In this document: one piece after another, positions 50,078-60,440 of the stretch
Position numbering within the stretch: position 1 is the stretch's first letter
Layout: every line of letters starts with the position of its first letter
Assembly (NCBI GenBank): GCA_963791045.1
Contig: CAWBQK010000013.1
Span: 256,001 to 320,000 of the forward strand
Direction: 5' to 3'
Length of the DNA: 64,000 bases
Source of the DNA: Candidatus Latescibacterota bacterium
GTDB taxonomy: Bacteria > Krumholzibacteriota > Krumholzibacteriia > WVZY01
Made by a program: the position numbers and the translations under genes
The notes under the pieces: generated by a model
What the model saw: only the letters and a program-made list of their open reading frames with translations
Databases searched by the model: none
What the model was told of the DNA's origin: nothing

Positions 50078-53074
50078 TCAGCGACAGGACCCACGCCGGG
50101 GCGCCGCCCACGATCGGGCTATTTCTCGGGCTTCCGGCGTGACCGTCAGAGTCACGCGTTCGCCGTCGCGGAGGACGACCACCGTGACCGGCTCACCGAT
50201 TTTCACGCCGCCCAGCGCATACGTATAGTCATAAATATTCGTAATCGTCTGACCGGCGAATTCGACGATTACATCGCCACCCTGGAGCCCCGCCTTGTCC
50301 GCCGGTCCACCCCCGCTGACACCGGTCAGTTTCACACCCTCCATATCTTCCGCCGCGTAGTCCGGAATCGTCCCAAGATAAGCGGTGAGCGACCCCCGCG
50401 ACCCCATCTGTGATTTCGACTTCTCGACTTTGACATAGTCCGGGCGGTCGGGACGGATTAACAGGTCTGCGACGACCAAACGCGCAAACCTGCCGATCCG
50501 AACCATATCGTCATACTCTAGCGTCTCCGGATCGTCGGACGGTTTGTTGTAATCACTATGAACCCCGGTAAAGAAGCTCACGATCGGTATTTCCTTTGGA
50601 TAAAACGACGTCACGTCTTCCGGCAGATACGGGTCCGACTGCATCGTCAGGTTAAACCCCGCAACGACGTTTCTTTTTTCCATGATCTCGGGCCATATGT
50701 TCGAAGAGCCGACACCCTGGACAGTGAGCTTGTTTTCACGAAGCCGGCCCACCATATCAAAATTGACATAGGCGGCGATTTTCTCGAGAGGGAACGGCGG
50801 GTTTTCGACAAAAAAGGATGACCCGATAAGACCCATTTCCTCGCCCGACCAGAAACCAATCATCAATCCGCGCCTGAACGCGTCAGGATTTGTCTTCTGC
50901 TCCTCGGCAAACGCCGCGGCAAGCTCCATCACCATCGATGTCCCCGACGCATTGTCATCCGCTCCATTGTGGATCTGCCCCTGCTGGTCCTTGTCGGCAA
51001 GCGAGCCAATCTCGCCGTGCCCAATGTGATCGTAATGCGCCCCAATTATGACAAACTCGGCATCCTCCATCCCCGTCGACGGTGGAATCATGCCTATCAC
51101 GTTACGGTCGCTTCTCTTCTCCCTCTCGACTCCCGTCGCCAGCTTCACGGTCACGCCGGCAAGCTCAAATGTCCCCTCGACGTGCGGGCTTTCCAGATCG
51201 AGCTGGGACTGGACGTCATCGAGTGTCTTATCCGAACCGGCAAAAAGAAGATCGGCGACACGGCCGCTGACCGACGCGATGGGAATCCCCGAGCTCGCGG
51301 AGCTCTGGTCGAACTTGAGCGGAATGAGTGTACCCGGGTCATAGGATGTCGGCCCCGTAACGACAAGAAGCGCCTTTGCTCCACGCTCACGCGCAACCAT
51401 CGCCTTGTACCGGAGTCCCGCATAGTGATTGAGTTCCTGCCGTCTCTCAACATCCGCTTCTTCGGGGACATAACGGAGAACGAGGACTATTTTGTCTTTA
51501 ACATCTATACCGCCGTACGAATCATAACCGTGCTCGAGATCACCGGGAACGCTCAGCCCATACCCGGCAAAAACGACGGCACCTTCGACCTCATCGCTCG
51601 CCGAGAACGCCAGGGGACGGAAAGCCTCGCCGAGAACAAACGATTCGCTCTCGCCTTCTTTGGGTGAAACGCTCAATGCGCACTCGTCCTCGATGATCTT
51701 CATCCCCGAGGTGAAGGGAAATTCCTGAAAAAACGTCCCGTCGTCGCCCAGAGGCTCTATTCCAATCTCCGCGAGATAACCGGCGAGATAGTCCGACGTG
51801 AGCTTCGTTCCCTTTGAACCCGTCAGTCGGCCTTCCATCCTGTCGGACGCAATAAACCCAACTTCCTCACGAAAATCGGCGGCCGTGATTTCCGCGGTCA
51901 GACCCTTCTCTCTCCCCTCGCGCATCGGCGCGGCCGCCAACGCGGCCAGGGCCGCGTCGTGATCCCAGTCGGCTATGAAAATCTGCGACTTCTTGTCGGC
52001 CGTCCGGTTCGATGTCCACGACAGACGCTTGCCATCAGGGGAAAACACGGGAAGACCGTCGAAGCCATCTGTATACGTGACCCGTACGGGCTCGCGGGTT
52101 CCGAGGGCGTCAACCATGTAGACTTCGAAGTTCGAGAATCCAAGTTTGTTGGATGCAAAGACCACATACTCGCCGGATGGATGGAAATACGGAGCCCATG
52201 ACATCGCGTCGAACTCAGTCAAACGCCTGCGATCGGACCCATCGAGACGCATGGTATAGATGTCGGCGAGCATCCCGCTTTCGTCAAAGTGACGCCAGAC
52301 GATCCGCTTGCCGTCGGGTGTAAAAAACGGTCCCCCATCGTAACCCGGCCAATCGGTCAATCGGGTCTGCCCGGAGCCGTCCGCGTTCATAATGTAGATC
52401 TCGGCAAAATAGGCCGTGTCCATTTCCAGCCGCTTCTTATCCTTGTCGGAAAGTTTGTCGGCGGGATAGCCGTCACGGATCGAGCAAAAAACGATTTTGT
52501 TTCCATCAGGCGAATATGCTCCTTCGGCATCATAACCGACAGCATCGGTCAGTCGCACGGAAGCGCTTCCATCCCGTTTCGTCGCGAAGATGTCAAAGTG
52601 TTCGTCGTAGTCCCACGAATAGCGTCGCTCCTTGCCCGATTCGCGAAATTCGATCTCGGCTTTTTGTTTGGCCTCGGCTTCGGGATCGAGATGGGTCGAG
52701 GCAAATAGAACCTCATCGGTTCCCGGCCGGAAAAACGCGCATGTGGTTTTGCCGGTTCCGGGAGACACGCGGTGGGTGTCACCCGATTCGAAATCGAGGA
52801 TATAAATTTGATAAAACGGATTCGTGGACTCACGTTCACTCTGAAATATCAAATGTTTGCCGTCTTCGGAGAAATAACCCTCACCGGCGCGTTTACCCTG
52901 GTAAAGAAGCTGCCGGCCATTGGAGAGAAAACTCTGATCGCCGGAATCATCGCTTTGCGGTGTATCGGCCGCGTCTGCGTGGCCGAACGCCGCAAACCCG
53001 GAATCGATACCGGCAAACGCGCCCAGGCACAACGCCGCCACAATAAGAATGATTCCCATAAACTTGAGAGCCAT
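50078..53074 (-). CDS. Secreted M28 peptidase with PD40 (TolB-like) repeats, PA and PDZ domains
   Basis: Signal peptide, YDAEGAYSPDG and YDGGPFFTPDG repeats, GAHYDH, GADDNASG, GEE, C-terminal PDZ. True stop may be at 50119. Confidence 0.9.
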   Translation of the reverse strand: MALKFMGIILIVAALCLGAFAGIDSGFAAFGHADAADTPQSDDSGDQSFLSNGRQLLYQGKRAGEGYFSEDGKHLIFQSERESTNPFYQIYILDFESGDTHRVSPGTGKTTCAFFRPGTDEVLFASTHLDPEAEAKQKAEIEFRESGKERRYSWDYDEHFDIFATKRDGSASVRLTDAVGYDAEGAYSPDGNKIVFCSIRDGYPADKLSDKDKKRLEMDTAYFAEIYIMNADGSGQTRLTDWPGYDGGPFFTPDGKRIVWRHFDESGMLADIYTMRLDGSDRRRLTEFDAMSWAPYFHPSGEYVVFASNKLGFSNFEVYMVDALGTREPVRVTYTDGFDGLPVFSPDGKRLSWTSNRTADKKSQIFIADWDHDAALAALAAAPMREGREKGLTAEITAADFREEVGFIASDRMEGRLTGSKGTKLTSDYLAGYLAEIGIEPLGDDGTFFQEFPFTSGMKIIEDECALSVSPKEGESESFVLGEAFRPLAFSASDEVEGAVVFAGYGLSVPGDLEHGYDSYGGIDVKDKIVLVLRYVPEEADVERRQELNHYAGLRYKAMVARERGAKALLVVTGPTSYDPGTLIPLKFDQSSASSGIPIASVSGRVADLLFAGSDKTLDDVQSQLDLESPHVEGTFELAGVTVKLATGVEREKRSDRNVIGMIPPSTGMEDAEFVIIGAHYDHIGHGEIGSLADKDQQGQIHNGADDNASGTSMVMELAAAFAEEQKTNPDAFRRGLMIGFWSGEEMGLIGSSFFVENPPFPLEKIAAYVNFDMVGRLRENKLTVQGVGSSNIWPEIMEKRNVVAGFNLTMQSDPYLPEDVTSFYPKEIPIVSFFTGVHSDYNKPSDDPETLEYDDMVRIGRFARLVVADLLIRPDRPDYVKVEKSKSQMGSRGSLTAYLGTIPDYAAEDMEGVKLTGVSGGGPADKAGLQGGDVIVEFAGQTITNIYDYTYALGGVKIGEPVTVVVLRDGERVTLTVTPEAREIARSWAAPRRGSCR

Positions 53075-53179
53075 GAGTCTCCTCCAATCGTTTTAGATTC
53101 TGGTCATCCGATGTCGGTTTTGAGATGTATTCGCGTGGAATCTGCTACTGGTAAGAAATACTAAAGGTCGGGGCAGAAG

Positions 53180-53848
53180 TCAATCGGAGCCCAAGGCCCT
53201 CTCGATCTCGACGAAAACGGCCTCAATAGTCTGGTCGCCATTGACTTCGATCAAAACGCCCTTTTTGGCATAGTATTCGACGAGAGGCGCAGTTTGCTCG
53301 TGATATACCCGGATGCGGTTTTCGATTGTTTCCCGAGTGTCATCCGCCCGACCCCGGTTGAGCAAACGGGTGAGAAGGACCTCATCGGCAACTGAGAGAT
53401 TGATGGCTATCAATCCCGGGGTTCCCCTCTTCGACAGAATCTCGTCCAGCCCGCCGGACTGAGCGAGGGTTCTGGGGAACCCGTCGAGGATGAATCCCTT
53501 TTCGCAATCGGGCTCTTTCAGCCGGGTCTCGACCAGATCGAGAACGATTTCATCCGAGACGAGATCGCCTCGCTCGATGACAGCCTTGACCTTTCTGCCG
53601 AGGTCCGTGTCTTTCTCGATTTCGGAACGGAGAACCGCCCCGGTGGAAATATGGGATATTCCGAAAGATTCGGCGATTTTCTTGGCCTGGGTTCCTTTGC
53701 CGGCCCCCGGAGGCCCCATGATAACGAGTTGAAGGGGAGACGGGGTCGACGCATTGTCCAACTCGGCGGCCCCGGAAGAATCATTGCTCTGACAGGCCCC
53801 GGCAAACACCATGATCAGCGGGATCAAACCATAGAGGCAGCCTTTCAC
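53180..53848 (-). CDS. adk: Adenylate kinase (short LID) with N-terminal lipoprotein-like signal
   Basis: GPPGAGKGTQA, HISTG, GDLVSD, GFILDGFPRT, RGRADD. RBS GAGGAG before GTG. Confidence 0.9.
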   Translation of the reverse strand: MKGCLYGLIPLIMVFAGACQSNDSSGAAELDNASTPSPLQLVIMGPPGAGKGTQAKKIAESFGISHISTGAVLRSEIEKDTDLGRKVKAVIERGDLVSDEIVLDLVETRLKEPDCEKGFILDGFPRTLAQSGGLDEILSKRGTPGLIAINLSVADEVLLTRLLNRGRADDTRETIENRIRVYHEQTAPLVEYYAKKGVLIEVNGDQTIEAVFVEIERALGSD

Positions 53849-53925
53849 AATATTCTCTCCTCTTCTTCGCTTCCAGGCCGTTACGTTCTTGAATTTTCAA
53901 GGCAGCCACCGTACTCAACACCTGA

Positions 53926-54237
53926 CTATACCATACGTTCGACATCCACCTGGAACGCCCGGATTGGATGGGTACAGTCGTCTTCGACTTCCTCCTTATC
54001 GGGCAGCCCGGCGATGGCATCGAGGATCTTGCTGGCTCGCTCCGTCGGAAGGATCGCAAAGTGAAGCCTCGAGTATGCAGGAATATCGCTCGACGGCCAC
54101 CATCCGTGCTTTTCGAGCTCGCACAATGTGTGACCGGTAATTTCCGTCTCGCTAAATATGTGAACGCCGTGCTCTTTGAAAAGCTTTCTGATCTTTTCCG
54201 TGTCTTCGATCAAGCCCATAACACCGATGAGTTTCAT
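53926..54237 (-). CDS. Small P-II-like hypothetical protein at end of RND operon
   Basis: About 103 aa, RBS GAGGAGG. Alternating beta/alpha pattern with EITGH resembles the P-II fold. Confidence 0.6.
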   Translation of the reverse strand: MKLIGVMGLIEDTEKIRKLFKEHGVHIFSETEITGHTLCELEKHGWWPSSDIPAYSRLHFAILPTERASKILDAIAGLPDKEEVEDDCTHPIRAFQVDVERMV

Positions 54238-54256
54238 CCCGGCCTCCTCAGATGAG

Positions 54257-57200
54257 TCATTCGACTTCGTCATTTCCGATTTCCTCCGGCGTCAAATTTC
54301 GCTTCTCGACCATGTAGTACACCAACGGAACTACACCCAGTGTCAACACCGTCGACGCAATCGCGCCGTACATGAGCGATATGGCGAGACCCTGGAAAAT
54401 CGGATCGAACAAAATTACTATCGCGCCAATCACTACCGTCCCGGCGGTCAGAAGGATGGGGCGTGTCCTGACGGCGCCCGACTCGAGAACAGCCTGCTTG
54501 AGTGTTCCACCGTCCGCTCGGCGAAGTTGGATAAAGTCGATGATGAGGACGGAGTTCCGGACCATGATCCCCGCCAGGGCGATCATCCCGATCATCGACG
54601 TCGCGGTAAAGAACGCCCCGTGTATCAAGTGGCCGGGAATGATTCCCACGAGACTGAGCGGGATCGCTATCATCATGACGAGCGGGGTCTTGAACGACTG
54701 GAACCACCCGATCGTCAACAAGTAGATGATCAGGAGTACCACGGCGAAGGCTCCGCCAAGATCTCTGAACACCTCGTATGTGATCTGCCACTCGCCGTCC
54801 CACTTAAGGGCGAGTTCTTCCTCGAGAAACGGCTGGTGGGTGTAAAGCGGTTTGATCGTGTGTCCGTCCGCGAGCTGGATCGCTTCGATACGCTTGTTCA
54901 TGTCGAGTATCGCGTAGATCGGACTCTCGATCGCGCCGGCAACATCGCCGGTAACATATACCACCCGCTGGAGGTTTTTCCTGTAGATCGCCTTTTCCTC
55001 GACGGATCTCGCGAACCTGAACGACGTCCGCGACCGGAATCATCTGGTTCGTGCGGGATCTCACGTAGACATTCTCGAGATCGTCCACAGACGTCCGGTT
55101 TGCCCTCGCGAGCCGAAGCTGGATCGCGACCGGTTCGATTTCATTGGGATCCCTGAGAAGCGTGACTTCGCCGCCCGCGAGCCCGATCCTTATTGTCTGC
55201 GCGAGCTGCTCCGTGTTGACCCCCCGGATGGACGCTTTTTCCTTGTCCACAACGAGGGTAAAAACCTTCTGGTCATCCTCGACATACCAGTCGACGTCGA
55301 CAACTCCCTCGGTCGTTTCAAAAACTTCGCGAACCTTACGCGCCAGTTCGATCTGCTGCTCGTAATCGGGGCCGTATACTTCGGCAACCAGAGTAGACAA
55401 CACCGGCGGACCGGGCGGCACTTCGGACACCTTCACACGGGCTTCGTATTTGGCGGCGATTTCCTGGATTTTCGGGCGCAGCCGTTTGGCGATCGCATGA
55501 CTCTGATCGGAGCGCTCGCTCTTGTGCACGAGATTGACCTGAATATCCGCAACGGTCGGTCCAGTTCTCAGGTAATAGTGGCGGACGAGCCCATTGAAAT
55601 TGATCGGGGCGCTCGTCCCAACATAATATTGATACGTTGTAACTTCAGGTACAGTCTTGAGATAGGTCGAAATCTCCTTCGCGACACGCGCCGTCTGTTC
55701 GAGCGGTGTTCCCTCGGGCATATCGATAATGACCTGCATTTCGCTCTTGTTGTCGAACGGCAGGATTTTGACTTCAACCGCGCGGAAGAAGAAAAGGCTC
55801 ACCGACCCAAGAAGAAGCACCACGACGACGGCAAGCCACATCCAGATCTGTTTATTATTGTCCAGAAGCGGGCCCAGCGTTTTGTTGTAAAACCTGTAAA
55901 TACGAGTTTCCTCTACCCGGTATTCTTTCTCCTCGCCGCCGTGCGCCTTGAGCAGCCGGTAAGCAAGCCACGGAGTACCCACCAACGCGACAAATAATGA
56001 GAAGAGCATCGCGAGCGCCGCGCCGATCGGCATGGGACTCATATAGGGGCCCATGAGACCCGAGACAAACGCCATCGGCAGTACCGAGGCGATCACGGTA
56101 AAGGTCGCAAGAATGGTCGGATTCCCCACCTCGCTGATCGCCGCTATCGCCGATTGGAGTTTCGGCAGCCTCCGCATGAGAAAATGCCTGTGAACGTTCT
56201 CGGCAATAATGATCGAATCATCGACAACAATACCCGTTACAAAAATCAGCGCGAACAGCGTCACGCGGTTCAATGTGTAGCCGAACAGATAATAGACAAA
56301 CAGTGTCAGCGCGAAGGTAATCGGAACCGACGCGAACACTACCAGGCCTCCGCGCCAACCAAGAAAAATACCGACGACTATTGTCACCGCGATGATGGCG
56401 CCGAGAAGATGCTCGAGCAGGGTGAGAACTTTTTCCGATGCCGTCTCGCCGTAGTTACGTGTCTCAGTGATATATATGTCCTGAGGCACGAGGCTTCCTT
56501 GCAGTGCCTCGATTTTTTTCATGACCTGGCTTGCCACCTGCATCGCGTCGGAGCCCTTGCGCTTGGCGATCGCCAGAGTCACCCCGGGGTACTCTTCGCC
56601 GCGATCCGCGTGAACCTCTTCGGCAGCCGGCCCCATGCCGTGGAACACGTAGCTGCTAACTTCTTCAGGCCCATCAACGATTTCCGCGACGTCACGAAGG
56701 TAGACGGGATGGGCTCCCGAAACGCCCACGACGAGATTGGCGACGTCCTCGGCGTTCTCGAGAAAGTCCCCGGTCCGAACGATATACTCGGTGTTGAGGC
56801 GCTGAAAACTACCTGAAGTGAGCTGCTGATTCGCCGAGCGAATCTGTTGGGCGATTTGCAGAGGCGTAATCAGATGAGCCTCGAGCCTTTCTCTGTCGAG
56901 GATCACCCTGATCTGACGCTTGAGTCCGCCCTTGACTTCGACTTCGGATACATTGTTTATCTTTTTGACTTCTTCGGCGAGCTGGGTTCCCACGCGCCGC
57001 AGCTGGTACCCGTCGTACCGGTCGCTCCACATCGTCAGGGTCAGGACCGGAACATCATCGATGCTCGAGGTTTTCAACAACGGGAAGTGAACACCGTCGG
57101 GCTTTTTATCCATGTTCTTGAGAATCGTCGCCCAGAGTTTGACCAGGCTTTCCTCCATATCCTCGCCAACAAAATAGCGAACGGTGAGAACGGAGAAGTC

Positions 57201-57473
57201 CGGCCGCGACATCGAGTAGATATACTCGACACCGGGAATCTGACTGATAACCTTTTCGAGCGGCTTCGTAACCCGCTCTTCCATTTCCCTGGCGCTGCTT
57301 CCCGGATAAGGGATAAAGATATCGACGATCGGCACCACGATCTGAGGTTCCTCTTCCCGCGGCGTGTTTATCGTCCCGAAAAAACCGACGAGAAGCGCCG
57401 CCAGCATAAGCAGCGGTGTCAGTTTAGAATCGATAAAAGCCTGTGCCAGGCGACCTGCGATTCCCGTTTTCAA
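54257..57473 (-). CDS. RND efflux permease, frameshift near 55004
   Basis: PREEEPQI, IVVDDSIIIAEN, PPGPPVL in the first frame. IYRKNLQRVVYV...MVRNSVLIIDF, RTRPILLT in the second. Confidence 0.9.
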
Positions 57474-58558
57474 TTTGTCACCTCGACTCTTTGTCCATCC
57501 ATCAACTTTGAGTCACTGCCCGTCACAACCATTTCGCCGGGGTCGAGACCGGAAAGGATTTCAATTCCATCTGTGACGGAACGTCCGGTGCGGACCCAGC
57601 GGAGGTACACGCGTCCGTCTTCCCCGACAACGAACAAACCCTCGAGCTGGCCGCGATCGAATACCGCTTCCTGCGGGACGATAAGTCTTTCCTTGGGTGC
57701 GCGGCTTATCACGAGTCGCGCGAACATACCCGACTTGATCGATCCGCCTGGGTTCTGGATGAAGACCTTGATTTCGAACTGGTGGCTTCCCGGGTCGGCC
57801 GTCGGAATGATCTGATCGACACTTCCCGTAAACACCTGGTCGGACGCATCGATCGCACGGGCGGGAATGATGACCTTAACGGGCATCCCGACACTGAGAT
57901 GTTTGATCTGGCTCTCGGGGACGCTTGCCACCACTTCGAGCTGGCGGACGTTTTCAAGAGTAAGTATCGGCCTGCCCGGTGTCGCGAGGTCTCCAACATC
58001 AACGAACGTCTTAGTTATCACGCCATCGAACGGTGCAACAACGTTGACGTACTGGAGCAGGTCCTCGACTTCCTTTTTCATTTCTTCGGCTCCGTTGAGT
58101 CGCGCCTGCGCGCTCTCGTAACCCATTCGAACGTCGTCGAGCTCTTTTTGTGTCGCCGCTTTCTCTTCATAAAGCGATTCGAACCGCTCAAGGTTTCTTT
58201 TCGCGTTTTCAAAATGAGATCTCGCCTCCGTAACACCCGCATCGGCCTGGGCCAGCCTGGACCGGATATCCTCCCCCTGGATCTTGACGAGCATCTGTCC
58301 CTTCTTGACCGTTTCACCCTCCGTCACGTAGATTTGCTCGACCTTACCCATGACCTTCCCCGCGATACTGGCCTCCTCGGCCGGCTCGATCGAAGCGGAG
58401 TACTGGACGGGTTCTTCCGCCGACCGCGTCATCGCCTGGGCCGCGCGTACCGCCACAGGGGGATTGTCGTTCACATCGTGTGTTTCATCCTGTCCTCCGC
58501 CGCAGCTGGAGATGATCAACAAACCGACGGCGGCAAGAATTGACATGTACCGTTTCAT
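57470..58558 (-). CDS. RND periplasmic adaptor lipoprotein
   Basis: Lipobox ISSC, VTEGETVKKGQ, VAPFDGVI, LSGLDPGE. Confidence 0.9.
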   Translation of the reverse strand: MKRYMSILAAVGLLIISSCGGGQDETHDVNDNPPVAVRAAQAMTRSAEEPVQYSASIEPAEEASIAGKVMGKVEQIYVTEGETVKKGQMLVKIQGEDIRSRLAQADAGVTEARSHFENAKRNLERFESLYEEKAATQKELDDVRMGYESAQARLNGAEEMKKEVEDLLQYVNVVAPFDGVITKTFVDVGDLATPGRPILTLENVRQLEVVASVPESQIKHLSVGMPVKVIIPARAIDASDQVFTGSVDQIIPTADPGSHQFEIKVFIQNPGGSIKSGMFARLVISRAPKERLIVPQEAVFDRGQLEGLFVVGEDGRVYLRWVRTGRSVTDGIEILSGLDPGEMVVTGSDSKLMDGQRVEVTN

Positions 58559-58596
58559 GAGCTCATCCACTCCTTGAAAAATTCCGAACCCGCAAA

Positions 58597-59952
58597 TCAC
58601 TGCTCGACCGTTTTTCCGGCCGTTCCCAGATAAAAATGAAGTTCGCTCCGCGCGACCTTGAAATCATACATCGCTCTTTGCAGACGAAGCTGCGCATCGG
58701 TGTACGCCGACTGTCTGGTAAGAAGATCCGAAACCCGCTCGAGGCCTTTCTGGAATCTGGCTTCAACGATCCGAAGACTCTCACCCGATTGTTCGACCGC
58801 CTGTTCCGCGACATCCATCCGCTCCCTTGCGGTTATCAATCCGCGGTAAGCCTGGCGGACCTCCATACTGCTTCGGGCCTGCGCCTCCCGGTACTGAGCC
58901 CTTGTGGCCGCGGCGAGGGCGTTCGCCTCGTTTTTTCGCCCCCACTGCCCCAGGCCGTCAAAAACACTCCACTCGAGCAATACGCCGACCGTCCAATGAT
59001 TCTTGTTTGTGCCGAAAATATTTTCATCGTGCCATTCGGTTACCCCGAACGCGTTGAGCCGTGGAATCCACTCGCCACGCTGCATCCACACACCACGGCC
59101 GGCCGCCTCGTCTGCATAATAAAGCGCAAGGAGGTCCGAACGACCGGCGGGGATAGTATCGAGCGGCACTTCTTCGACTATCTTCTCCAGGTCGGATACG
59201 AAGAGACTATCCGTCGGGATGATTTCACCGACATCTTCCAAACCCAGGAGGAATTTCAGTTGATCGCTTACGTTCGCGATATTCAGTTTGGCCGTCAGAC
59301 GATGTTCTTCGATTTCGGCAAGCCGGACCTGGGACGACAGGAGATCCGCCTTCGACACAATGCCTCTGTCATAGGAGGACTTCACCTCGGAGTAATGAGT
59401 CCGGGCCGTCTCTACGGCGTCATCAATCGTGGCCAGGTTGCCGTTCGATAGAATAAGGCCGTAATACGCCTTCTCGACTTCGAGCGCAATTTTTTCCTCG
59501 GTCCTGTCGAGGGCGTGTTCACTCGCCTTTTTCGCGCTACCCGCGGACGACTTACCATAGATTGCGTCCATATTGATGATCGGTTGATCGAGTCTTATCA
59601 CCGTCGCAAAGTTCGTAATCGGATCGGGGTTGTTGAGCGCGTCGAGCGCGAGGTCATCTTGCGAGAAAATACCCTGCCTCAGTTTTGAACCAAAAACGGC
59701 GACGGGCTCGTCCGATCTTAAGTAGCCTTCGCTAAGAACCAGGTGTGGAAGAAAAGCCTGCCAGCCACCAAGGTCTTGACCCTTGGCTTTGTCCAACTGG
59801 CTCCTGGCTATAAGGATCTGATGGTTGTTTTCCTTCGCCAGAGAAAGCGCCTCGTCCAACGACAGCCTGCGAGCGGTCGTCCCAAAGGCTTGCGACGCCA
59901 AGACAGCGACCATAATTATTGAAAGCAGTATTCGTGATTTTGCCATTTTCAT
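58597..59952 (-). CDS. TolC family outer membrane factor
   Basis: Signal peptide, LSLDEALSLAKENN, WSVFDG, RFQKG. Confidence 0.9.
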   Translation of the reverse strand: MKMAKSRILLSIIMVAVLASQAFGTTARRLSLDEALSLAKENNHQILIARSQLDKAKGQDLGGWQAFLPHLVLSEGYLRSDEPVAVFGSKLRQGIFSQDDLALDALNNPDPITNFATVIRLDQPIINMDAIYGKSSAGSAKKASEHALDRTEEKIALEVEKAYYGLILSNGNLATIDDAVETARTHYSEVKSSYDRGIVSKADLLSSQVRLAEIEEHRLTAKLNIANVSDQLKFLLGLEDVGEIIPTDSLFVSDLEKIVEEVPLDTIPAGRSDLLALYYADEAAGRGVWMQRGEWIPRLNAFGVTEWHDENIFGTNKNHWTVGVLLEWSVFDGLGQWGRKNEANALAAATRAQYREAQARSSMEVRQAYRGLITARERMDVAEQAVEQSGESLRIVEARFQKGLERVSDLLTRQSAYTDAQLRLQRAMYDFKVARSELHFYLGTAGKTVEQ

Positions 59953-60440
59953 AACGAGCCTCTCCTGGGGTCTCCTCTTTTATAACAGACCGGTACAAAT
60001 TACCGAGCGGGGATCGGCGTAGGGTATTCTGGCACCTGGAGTAGAAGCGGAAGGATGTCGGAATCTGCTGACAGCCATGCCCGCGCGGACCAATCCACCT
60101 GGCGGGTCATGTTGAGAATACCTACATAGCAACAGGATAGCAGAACCACGCCGTGTGGGCACGCATGAAATGCGCGTCACGTGGATCGCGCCGACCTCCA
60201 GATTCGTGCGTTTGTACCCTATGTATCTTTAGTGTCAAAACAGGGGTTGGAGGTTCCCGGATTTTGGACGGAAATCCAGTGTACGGGCATATACAATCGG
60301 CCTATACAAAACAATGCGTTCATTCTATAATCCCGAAATCATTATCTGCGGTTTATTGGTACATGAGCCATAAGTTAATGAACAGATGCGGTACCTCGTA
60401 CCCATCCGTTTGATCTTTAGCACCTTAGGGAGGGGTGTGT

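Noticed and set aside
59980-60180. 66-aa ORF upstream of tolC
   Set aside because: No recognisable motif or TM segments. The region is better explained as a structured non-coding element.
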